64,000 nt of DNA from Spirochaetia bacterium (GTDB taxonomy: Bacteria > Spirochaetota > Spirochaetia > SZUA-6 > Bin103), in contig CBDBDQ010000005.1 in NCBI GenBank assembly GCA_965203905.1, forward strand, positions 1,024,001-1,088,000. Direction: 5' to 3'. Shown here one piece after another: positions 50,490 to 58,713 of the stretch. Numbering within the stretch: position 1 is the stretch's first letter; each line of letters begins with the position of its first letter. The notes under the pieces are model-generated. The model saw nothing but the letters and a program-made list of their open reading frames with translations, had not been told where the DNA came from and did no database searches. The position numbers and the translations under genes are program-made.

Positions 50490-52750
50490 CGCTTGCTGAG
50501 TTTCGCACCACCCTTGTCGCGTTCGCCGATCGACAGCCAGATCTCGACAGAGGCAAGCTGTTGGTAGAGATACGCGATGAACTGATTGAAGTGGACCTGC
50601 ACAACGAAGCCGGGGAGTTATACGTAACGGAGCAGGATACCACGATGAATGCGTCTCGCTGGATCGTGGAACGTTTAGCCCGCCTGCCGTTGCTTGCCGA
50701 CCGAATTCTGAATTATATTCAGAATGAGCAGTTCTTTATCAATCCTGCGGGGAGATTGACCGATCGCCTAGATCACGCACCCCAGGACGAAGAAACTGAC
50801 GTGGACGACGTGACCGCCCGAGTCCTGGAACTACTGAGTGAGCGTCCCGCCGGTACGGCAACGGGTCTTTACCTGACTTCCGATGCGGGCGAGGGAAAAA
50901 CCACGCTGATTCGGCATCTCGCTCGCACTCAAGCCGAGAAGTACAAACGCAAGGAGACGTACTGGCTGCTGGTCCCTATCTCGCTCGGCGGGCGAACGTT
51001 CCTGCGCTTTGATGATGTTGTCACCGGCACACTGACGAATACTCTGAGGTTTCCGTTTCTCTATTACGAGGCATTCGTGGCGCTGGTCAAAATGGGATTC
51101 GTAGTACCGGCACTGGACGGTTTCGAGGAGATGTTCGTCGAGAGTCCCGCCGGCGATGCGCATTCCGCACTTGGCAGCTTGATGAACATGCTTGACTCTT
51201 CAGGAACCGCGCTCATCGCAGCTCGGAGGGCATATTTCGAGTACAAGAGCCTATCCGTGCAGACTCCGCTATATGCGTCACTATATGCCTCGTTCGGAGA
51301 TCGCTCTGCGGAGTTCGTTCGGCTTGCTTTGCAGCGCTGGGACCAGCAGCGCTTCATTCAGTACGCCCACCTACGCGGCGTAAGCGATGGCGCAGCGTTG
51401 TTCGATGAGGTCGCGAAGCGTTTCGGCAGCGCACACCCGTTCCTTACGCGGGCCGTGTTGGTAGAGCGCTTGATGAAGATCGCCTCTGACGGCGCCGTCC
51501 GGCACGATGTAATTGACGCCATTGACGCAGACACGAAGGATTACTTGGGCGATTTCGTCCGCGCCATCGTGAACCGGGAAAGCTGCAAGTGGGTAGACAA
51601 GGCGGGTGATCCCCCTCGACCATTGCTGACAACGAATCAACACCACGAGCTTCTCGCTCACGTCGCCCTTGAGATGTGGAGCGACGAGACGGCCCTGTTG
51701 AAGGCTGAAGTTATCGACTTGGTGACCGAGATATTCGCCGAGTCGCAGCACCTGGGACCGGAGGCAACGCAGCAGATTCTGGAGCGCATTAAACAGCACG
51801 CACTCATCGTGCCTGCCGATGGCAAGTATCAGTTCGATCACGAGGAATTCTACCACTTCTTTCTTGGAATCGCAGTGGCGAATCAAGTACATAAGTCTGA
51901 CATGCCTGACCTCCGACGTGCTTTGCGTGTTGCCAGGCTACCTGAGCGTACCGTAGACACCGCCGTTGGTGTTGTTTTGCAGCACGGTGACTCTCTCTCT
52001 GCGATTAAGGTTTTGAATACGGCTTGCGCCGATCAGCCTTATGCTTCATTTGTGAAGGAGAATGCGGGGAGTATAGCGATACAATTATTGCATATGGCTC
52101 CTCTCAGAGACGAGGCCAGTCGCGTGGTAGCGCAGACGATGGCGTTTCCACTTGATGCGCTCAAGGGCCGCGACATACGCTATGCCGTATTTCAGGACTG
52201 TTATTTTCTCCGATCCGACATGGCCGGATCAGTGCTCCGAGAGTGCTCTTTTGAGAGATGCGACTTCGGACAGCTCGACCTTACGGGTGTGGCCGCGATT
52301 GAGCATACTCGCATGCACGATTGCCAATGTCACTCCGTGGTCAGGTCCGCCGACGAGAGTGCGGTCTTCAAGCCTGAAGCGATCGCAGCGGTCTTGCAGC
52401 AGCTCGGCTTTGAAGTCTCCTTCACTGCACCGCGTGTGGTAGCGCCTGTGCCAGGCTTGGTCATTCCGGAAGAGCAACTCGCCATCACAGAACGGATGTG
52501 CCGCACGTTTCTCCGCTCGACCGGCGTGAACGAATACACCCTGAAGCAGCGCCTTGGAGATCAGTCGTCCGTCTTTTTTGGCGACGTACTACCGGTTCTG
52601 CAAGAGCACGGTGTCGTAGTGGAGGTTCCGTACCTGGGAAAGGGGAAACAACATCGCTACGAGCTGGGAGTGTCGCTGGGGGCGGTGCTGGATTCAATCG
52701 AGCGGGCCGATGGAAAATTCGAGCAGTTTCTGGAGCATATCGCCAACTGA
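50486..52750 (+). CDS. STAND/NACHT-like NTPase with pentapeptide repeats and a C-terminal wHTH-like region
   Basis: Walker A SDAGEGKTT, Walker B ALDGFEE, AAR sensor, HPFL, YQFDHEEFYHFFLG and pentapeptide-like AVFQD/CYFLR/CSFER/CDFGQ; ATGA overlap with NYN. Confidence 0.85.
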   Translation: MTLAEFRTTLVAFADRQPDLDRGKLLVEIRDELIEVDLHNEAGELYVTEQDTTMNASRWIVERLARLPLLADRILNYIQNEQFFINPAGRLTDRLDHAPQDEETDVDDVTARVLELLSERPAGTATGLYLTSDAGEGKTTLIRHLARTQAEKYKRKETYWLLVPISLGGRTFLRFDDVVTGTLTNTLRFPFLYYEAFVALVKMGFVVPALDGFEEMFVESPAGDAHSALGSLMNMLDSSGTALIAARRAYFEYKSLSVQTPLYASLYASFGDRSAEFVRLALQRWDQQRFIQYAHLRGVSDGAALFDEVAKRFGSAHPFLTRAVLVERLMKIASDGAVRHDVIDAIDADTKDYLGDFVRAIVNRESCKWVDKAGDPPRPLLTTNQHHELLAHVALEMWSDETALLKAEVIDLVTEIFAESQHLGPEATQQILERIKQHALIVPADGKYQFDHEEFYHFFLGIAVANQVHKSDMPDLRRALRVARLPERTVDTAVGVVLQHGDSLSAIKVLNTACADQPYASFVKENAGSIAIQLLHMAPLRDEASRVVAQTMAFPLDALKGRDIRYAVFQDCYFLRSDMAGSVLRECSFERCDFGQLDLTGVAAIEHTRMHDCQCHSVVRSADESAVFKPEAIAAVLQQLGFEVSFTAPRVVAPVPGLVIPEEQLAITERMCRTFLRSTGVNEYTLKQRLGDQSSVFFGDVLPVLQEHGVVVEVPYLGKGKQHRYELGVSLGAVLDSIERADGKFEQFLEHIAN

Positions 52751-52759
52751 CCGCCACTC

Positions 52760-53893
52760 ATGGCCACGACTTTGACCGCCACCGTTGCGCCGTTCGAGAC
52801 CGCTGGTGTAGCCACGCACTTGGTGAGCTATTCGGCGCTCGACCGCTACTTTCGGGTGCCGGGACACCACGGCGAGCGCCTGCTTCACATATCCGCTGAC
52901 GCCACGGTAGCCGAGATCGCGCCGCTGGTGGACGAGCTGCAGTTCGGCGGCGGTCCGCTGGTCGACGCGATGACGCTGCATCGCGGGACGCGGCTGTGCG
53001 TGCGCTGCAACGACAGCGGTGAAGCGGGCGGTTTCCCTTTTACCGTACAGCAGCTCCGCTTCGACCCGCGGCGCGAGGTGTTCCTCGACCCGGACGCGAT
53101 CTACTACGACCTGCGCCGGCCCGAGCTGGTGCGCCGCCCTGCCGGCCTGGAGTGGTGGCAGGTGATCGCCGAGGCCGCGCAGCTCACCTCCCGCTATCAC
53201 TTCGCCTTCGTTCCCGACCGGAAGTGGAGCGGCGCGGGAGTGCCGCCGGCGTCCGTGGAGTATCAGCGCCGCCTGCTGGAGCAGATCCTCACCGGCCGCG
53301 CACCGGAGCGGGGGCTGCGCCTGCTGCACGAGACCGGGATCGTGGACAGTTGGTGGCCGGAGCTGGCGGCAATGGCGAACGTGCCCCACTCCAAGGATCA
53401 TCACCCAGAAGGGGACGTGTGGGAGCACACCCTGGCGACCTTCGCCCATCGCAAGTCCCCCGACCTGCTGCTGTCGCTCGGCTTGCTGCTGCACGACGTG
53501 GGCAAGCCGCAGGCGGTCCCGCACGGGGACAAGCGGTTCTACGCCCACGCCGAGATCGGCGAGCGCATCGGGCGCCGCTTCCTGACCCGCCTCGGCTTCG
53601 CGCCACGGCTCATCGACGGGGTGGCGTTCCTCGGCCGCAACCACATGATGCCGGCCGCCCTCGGACGGGTGCGCCCCGAGCACGCCGAGGAGCTGATGAG
53701 CTCCGACCTGTTCCCCCACCTGCTGGAGCTGTACCGGGCCGACATGCTCTCCAGCTTCGCCCGTCCCGAGCCCTACTACCACGCCTGCCGCCTCTACCAG
53801 CGTCACCTCCGCGGCCGCCCCCTCCCGCAACGCACCAGCAACCCCGGCCGCCGCCGCGGCCCCCGCCCCCGCGCCCGCCGCTTCAAGGGTTGA
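52760..53893 (+). CDS. HD-domain protein (CCA-adding/poly(A) polymerase-like C-terminal region)
   Basis: Motifs PEL, KDHHPEGDVWEHT, LLHDVGK, FYAHAEIG and NHM; the N-terminal nucleotidyltransferase motifs are not recognisable. Confidence 0.82.
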   Translation: MATTLTATVAPFETAGVATHLVSYSALDRYFRVPGHHGERLLHISADATVAEIAPLVDELQFGGGPLVDAMTLHRGTRLCVRCNDSGEAGGFPFTVQQLRFDPRREVFLDPDAIYYDLRRPELVRRPAGLEWWQVIAEAAQLTSRYHFAFVPDRKWSGAGVPPASVEYQRRLLEQILTGRAPERGLRLLHETGIVDSWWPELAAMANVPHSKDHHPEGDVWEHTLATFAHRKSPDLLLSLGLLLHDVGKPQAVPHGDKRFYAHAEIGERIGRRFLTRLGFAPRLIDGVAFLGRNHMMPAALGRVRPEHAEELMSSDLFPHLLELYRADMLSSFARPEPYYHACRLYQRHLRGRPLPQRTSNPGRRRGPRPRARRFKG

Positions 53894-53894
53894 T

Positions 53895-53965
53895 TATCAG
53901 TTTTTCAGATATTGATGTCTCTTGCTGTAACATTGTCACAACCTATCAGTCTCTGCCATATTGAT
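53895..53965. promoter_or_regulatory. duplicated 22-bp dyad boxes upstream of fic
   Basis: tatcagtttttcagatattgat (53895-53916) and tatcagtctctgccatattgat (53944-53965); each is ATCA-N13-TGAT. Confidence 0.55.
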
Positions 53966-53970
53966 AGATC

Positions 53971-55311
53971 GTGAAGCTGCCCCGCACGCCGCCACCACTG
54001 CCCGTGCTCCTTGCCGAGCATCATCACCGCCTCGACAAGGTGATCGGCCACGGCTCGGGTCCTGCCGCCGAAGGCCGCTATCTGCATTGGGACAAGCTGC
54101 GTTTTCTTGCTGTCCCTGCCGGTCTGCGGAGTCACGAGGAATGGTGGCTTGGGGTCAAGCTGGCCCGCAAGGGCCTCTTTCGCGAGGTGCCACTACGGGA
54201 TACCAGCGGACGCCCGTTCGTGTACTTGCTGCCCGAACGGGCACAGGAGGTGCTGCACCGGATCGACAACCATGGCCGACGCTGGTTCGGCACCAGCACG
54301 ACGGGGACGCCGGGGGCGGCCAGTGGACACGCGCGCAGCGGGTTCATAGTCAACTCGTTGATCGAGGAGGCAATCGCGTCCAGTCAACTGGAAGGCGCTT
54401 CCACCACGCGGGCGGTGGCGGCGGAGATGATCCGCGCCGGCCGGCAGCCGCGGGACCGGAGCGAACAGATGATTCTCAACAACTACCGCGCGATGGAAGC
54501 GCTCCGGCGGCTGAAGGATGCGCCGCTCACGGAACGGGCGATGCTCAATTTGCATGCCACGATTGCCGCCGACACGCTCGACGACGCCGATGGTGCAGGC
54601 CGCCTGCAGCGTCCCACCGACCGGCGCGTACAGGTCTGGGACAACCGCGACCAGGCACTGCTCCATTCGCCACCGCCGGCGGAAGAGCTGCCGCGCCGGC
54701 TGCGGGAGATGGTCCGGTTCGCCAATGGCGCCGGCGACGGTTCGTTCCTGCACCCGGTGGTCCAGGCCATCATCCTGCACTTCTGGCTCGCCTACGATCA
54801 CCCGTTCGCGGACGGCAACGGCCGCACCGCCCGGGCGCTGTTCTACTGGATGATGCTGCGTCACCACTACGGGATGTTCGAATTTGCCTCGATCAGCAGC
54901 GTGATCGCCGCCGCCCCCGCTCAATACGCTCGCGCGTTTCTCCTCACGGAAACTGACGACAACGATCTCACCTACTTCATTGGGCACCAACTCGAGGTGA
55001 TGCTACGCGCCATTGCCAACCTGGAGGCGTACGTCGCTACCAAGGAGGGCCAGCTCCGGGAGATCGAGGAGACCCTGAAACGCTCCACCGACCTCAACCA
55101 GCGTCAGCTCGCCCTGCTGGCACACGCCATCCGCCACCCGGACGCCGAATACACGATCCGGTCGCACATGACCAGCCACGCCGTGGCCTACGCCACCGCC
55201 CGTGCCGACCTGTTCAGACTCGCCGATCTCGGCCTGCTCGAACGCCGCCGGGTCGGCCGCCGCAACTACCTGTTCTGGCCACCCCCCGACCTGGCGGACC
55301 GCGCCCGTTGA
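53971..55311 (+). CDS. Fic family protein with a C-terminal HTH
   Basis: Canonical HPFADGNGRTAR, inhibitory-type SSQLEG and C-terminal YATARADL..L. Confidence 0.93.
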   Translation: MKLPRTPPPLPVLLAEHHHRLDKVIGHGSGPAAEGRYLHWDKLRFLAVPAGLRSHEEWWLGVKLARKGLFREVPLRDTSGRPFVYLLPERAQEVLHRIDNHGRRWFGTSTTGTPGAASGHARSGFIVNSLIEEAIASSQLEGASTTRAVAAEMIRAGRQPRDRSEQMILNNYRAMEALRRLKDAPLTERAMLNLHATIAADTLDDADGAGRLQRPTDRRVQVWDNRDQALLHSPPPAEELPRRLREMVRFANGAGDGSFLHPVVQAIILHFWLAYDHPFADGNGRTARALFYWMMLRHHYGMFEFASISSVIAAAPAQYARAFLLTETDDNDLTYFIGHQLEVMLRAIANLEAYVATKEGQLREIEETLKRSTDLNQRQLALLAHAIRHPDAEYTIRSHMTSHAVAYATARADLFRLADLGLLERRRVGRRNYLFWPPPDLADRAR

Positions 55312-55375
55312 TGGCGGATTGAAAGCACGGGTTTCAATTTGCCAGGCTGGATATCGACGCGCTATCCTGTCCGGC

Positions 55376-56578
55376 ATGTATCGGCGAACCCTCGACGCGC
55401 GGCTGCGGCGTCTGGCCGGCCAGTTCCCGGCGTTGTTCCTGACCGGGCCGCGGCAGTCGGGCAAGACGACGCTCGCGCGGGCGGTGTTCGAGAGCCACGA
55501 CTATCTGAACCTGGAGGATCCAGTCACCCGGGACCATGCGCTCGACGATCCGCGCGGACTCCTTGCGCGGCACCGCTCGGGAGTGATCCTGGACGAGGTG
55601 CAGCGAGCGCCGGATCTGCTCTCTTTCATTCAGGTCCTGGTGGACGAGGATCCGACGCCCGGCCGATACATTCTTACCGGCTCCCAGCAGCTACCCCTCA
55701 CCCGCTCGGTGAGCCAGACGCTGGCCGGCCGGGCAGCGGTGTGCGTGCTGCTGCCGCTCGCCTGGTCCGAGCTGACCGGAACGGCTACCGGCGATCCGTG
55801 GAAACCGGACGCGCCGACGGACACGGATACCCCCGCACCGCCTGGCATCGACCTGGAGGCGATGCTCTACCAGGGCCTGTTCCCGCGCATCCACGACCGC
55901 AGGCTCGATGCCGCGGACTGGTACTCGTCCTACTACACCACCTACGTGCAGCGCGACGTGCGTGACCTGGGCGGCGTGGGCGATCTGGACACCTTCCACC
56001 GCTTCATGCAGCTCTGTGCGGGCAGAAGCGGGCAGCTTCTGAACCTCTCGTCGCTCGGTTCCGATTGCGGCGTCTCGCATACCACGGCCAGCGCCTGGAT
56101 CTCCGTGCTGCAGGAGCTGTTCGTGGTCCACCTGCTGCCCCCGCATCACCGCAATTTCTCCAAACGGGTAATCAAGAGCCCCAAGCTCTACTTCCTGGAT
56201 ACCGGCCTGCTGTGCAATCTGCTGCGCATACAGGATCCCGAACAGATCGCCCTGCACGCCAATCGCGGCGCGATTTTCGAGACCTTCGTGGTCGGAGAAT
56301 TTCTGAAGGCATTCACCCACCGGGGCATCGGCTCGCCACTGTACTTCTGGCGCGACCGCACCGGTCACGAGGTCGATCTGGTGATCGACGACGGCACGCG
56401 CCTGCTGCCGGTAGAGATCAAGGCCGGCCTCACGCTCAGCGGCGGGCTCTACGATGGCCTGGACTGGTTCTGCGCCCGTGGCGACCCGGCTGCCGGTCAT
56501 GGGGTCCTGGTATACGGAGGCGAGGAGTGGTACCGGCGGCGCGGCCACCTCACCCGGCCGTGGCACGCATGCGTCTGA
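55376..56578 (+). CDS. AAA_14 ATPase with a DUF4143 (PD-(D/E)xK-like) C-terminus
   Basis: Motifs GPRQSGKTT, LDEVQR, LTGS, KSPKLYFLDTG and EVDLV...PVEIK. Confidence 0.92.
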   Translation: MYRRTLDARLRRLAGQFPALFLTGPRQSGKTTLARAVFESHDYLNLEDPVTRDHALDDPRGLLARHRSGVILDEVQRAPDLLSFIQVLVDEDPTPGRYILTGSQQLPLTRSVSQTLAGRAAVCVLLPLAWSELTGTATGDPWKPDAPTDTDTPAPPGIDLEAMLYQGLFPRIHDRRLDAADWYSSYYTTYVQRDVRDLGGVGDLDTFHRFMQLCAGRSGQLLNLSSLGSDCGVSHTTASAWISVLQELFVVHLLPPHHRNFSKRVIKSPKLYFLDTGLLCNLLRIQDPEQIALHANRGAIFETFVVGEFLKAFTHRGIGSPLYFWRDRTGHEVDLVIDDGTRLLPVEIKAGLTLSGGLYDGLDWFCARGDPAAGHGVLVYGGEEWYRRRGHLTRPWHACV

Positions 56579-56874
56579 CGCGCGTGCCCGATCTCCGCTG
56601 TTATCGCTGACACGCTCCCGTAAGGGCAAATCGTTCGCGAAGCGCTTGCCATCAATACTGTTGCCAACCATATTGTTGCCAACGTTTCCGTTACGATGAC
56701 GATGGCGTCATGATTGCTGACGTGCTGCGGGTGCTTGAGCATGACCGGCTAGTACCGGAAATGGCGCAAAGAATCCTGGCCGAGTCGTAGTTGTTTCCGG
56801 GCCCGCGTGCGGCGCCAAGGATCTCGCCCTCCCATGCCTCGATCGACCGGGATGTGCGTGCGGCTGACTTCCCA

Positions 56875-58167
56875 TCAACCCGATGGCCATACGGAACTTG
56901 AGATCTCGACAATGCGGTGGTTCTGGATCTGATATCGGACCACCCAGCTCGATACCCCCAACTCCGCGGCGAACCCGTCAACAGTCTCGCCGTCGACCAG
57001 TATGGCGCTCCCCACCTGAGTACGGAGCCATTCGGCCGGTGCGAGAAACTCGGCCGCGAACGCCCGCGATCTTGCTTGCCGAGCGGTCTCGAGCGTCCCG
57101 AGAATCGCGGGCCCGCTTTCGTCGCGCCCTATGTAGTCGCCGAGCGCCCGTGCTAGAAGAAATCGCTTGCCCGCCTCGGTCCTGCGGACCACCACGCACG
57201 AAGGAGAATCGGACGCCACGCACCCTTGGATTCGCGGCGACGGCGATTCCTCGACGTCGTCACTCCAGATCGCGCAAGGTCCATCCTGCGCGAATTCGAA
57301 CCGCCCAGGGCCGTCGGCAAGTACCCCACGGACTGCGCGGGCGTCGACGTATCCCTGCCGCCATGGCAGGTCCTCACTCACGCCGGCGCGCCGGATGGCG
57401 TTCCGCACGGTCTTCCAGTCGTCGCCGCTGTGCGCCTGTTCCGCAGATTCGAGCCAACACTCAAGCCAATCTTGGATCGCTACGAGCGAGTGCTCCTGCG
57501 CTGCACCCAGCGCTTCTTCGCGAATCGCAGGATCCGTTTGATTCCATACCCGGGCAATCCGTTCGGCCGTATTGACTTCAATGTCAAAAGGATCGAGGCC
57601 CATGAGGGCGGTGGCCTTGCAGAACTCCCGTTCATTGGAATCAAGCGACTCGATCGCGCGCCACTCGGACTCCAGTGCTTCGAACGGCGTCCGCTTTGCT
57701 CGGAGCCGCGCGATTACGTCGCCAACCAGAGAGCGGAACTCCCGTTCCAGCTCATGACGAGCGAACATAACGTCACACTCCCCGCGGAACTCCAGTGGCG
57801 CGTGCCTCGGAGTCCAGCCACGGGCGACCACTCGAATCTGTCTTCCCACCGGAACCAGGGTCAGGCTAGGAAGGACGAAACCGTTTCCCGCGTAGGCGAG
57901 ATCGTGTCTCGACCGAAATCCCGGTCTCTGGTCTCCCGATACGCTGGCGGCCTCGTACCACAAGTGCCACCAATTGGCGGCCAGCCACTCGGCTACGTAC
58001 GCGAGAGGCACATAGATGTGATCACGATAGTCCTTCAGGAAGCGATCGTATACTGACGTAACGATCTGGTCCCCAACCTTGATGAAAACGCGTGCCATCG
58101 TGTGCTGCGAAACGCGGTCAGGAGATGGTTCCGTGCCGTCGCACCACTCGTACTGAATGTTCGACAT
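56875..58167 (-). CDS. ImmA/IrrE-like protein lacking the HExxH motif
   Basis: C-terminal RFLLARALGD...QARSRAFAAEFLAP...AAELGVSSWVVRYQIQN; N-terminal LA.VAEWLAANWW.L. Confidence 0.7.
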   Translation of the reverse strand: MSNIQYEWCDGTEPSPDRVSQHTMARVFIKVGDQIVTSVYDRFLKDYRDHIYVPLAYVAEWLAANWWHLWYEAASVSGDQRPGFRSRHDLAYAGNGFVLPSLTLVPVGRQIRVVARGWTPRHAPLEFRGECDVMFARHELEREFRSLVGDVIARLRAKRTPFEALESEWRAIESLDSNEREFCKATALMGLDPFDIEVNTAERIARVWNQTDPAIREEALGAAQEHSLVAIQDWLECWLESAEQAHSGDDWKTVRNAIRRAGVSEDLPWRQGYVDARAVRGVLADGPGRFEFAQDGPCAIWSDDVEESPSPRIQGCVASDSPSCVVVRRTEAGKRFLLARALGDYIGRDESGPAILGTLETARQARSRAFAAEFLAPAEWLRTQVGSAILVDGETVDGFAAELGVSSWVVRYQIQNHRIVEISSSVWPSG

Positions 58168-58343
58168 TACCCGAGGCCTTCCACGAACTGATGAGGCTCC
58201 AAGGGATAGCCGTGGTATTCGCCAGATCCCGGAGTTCCGTGCCTTGCCTCAAAGACCTCGTCGAGCGAAACGTGAGCGGGCACCGGTAGGACCTTTCGTC
58301 CCTTGGGGTTGTGGCGTCGGCGCTGCGTCGGGCGGGCGGACAT
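58167..58343 (-). pseudogene. small, probably internally deleted YHGYP-motif protein coupled to the IrrE-like gene
   Basis: MSARPTQRRRHNPKGRKVLPVPAHVSLDEVFEARHGTPGSGEYHGYPLEP; TAATG overlap with the downstream gene. Confidence 0.5.
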
Positions 58344-58713
58344 AGCAGTAGGACCGTCACGTACCATCATTCCCGACACGTACGCCTCTGACAACAAGCA
58401 AGCGGTAGTGGCTGGCTGCGAGCACTGAGCCGCGGCGGGCGACCTTGCAGCAGCCGCTACCCGACGGTCGTCGGGTCGTCGGCACGTTGGATGCCACTCA
58501 CCTGACAAGTGCGCTACCGTCCATGAACGGCGCACCCGCCAGATCGACGAGTTCCTTACCCACTGGCTGGCAGTTGTGACGGCCCTTCCTGCCCGAGGCG
58601 GACGTGCGCAGCAAACTTGCCCGAACGAGAAGGGTAGGCGGACAAGGACAAGAATAGCCGGTGGCCCATGTGCGGCAGTAGATTCGGTCGCTGCTGTTTC
58701 CATAGATGTCGAG

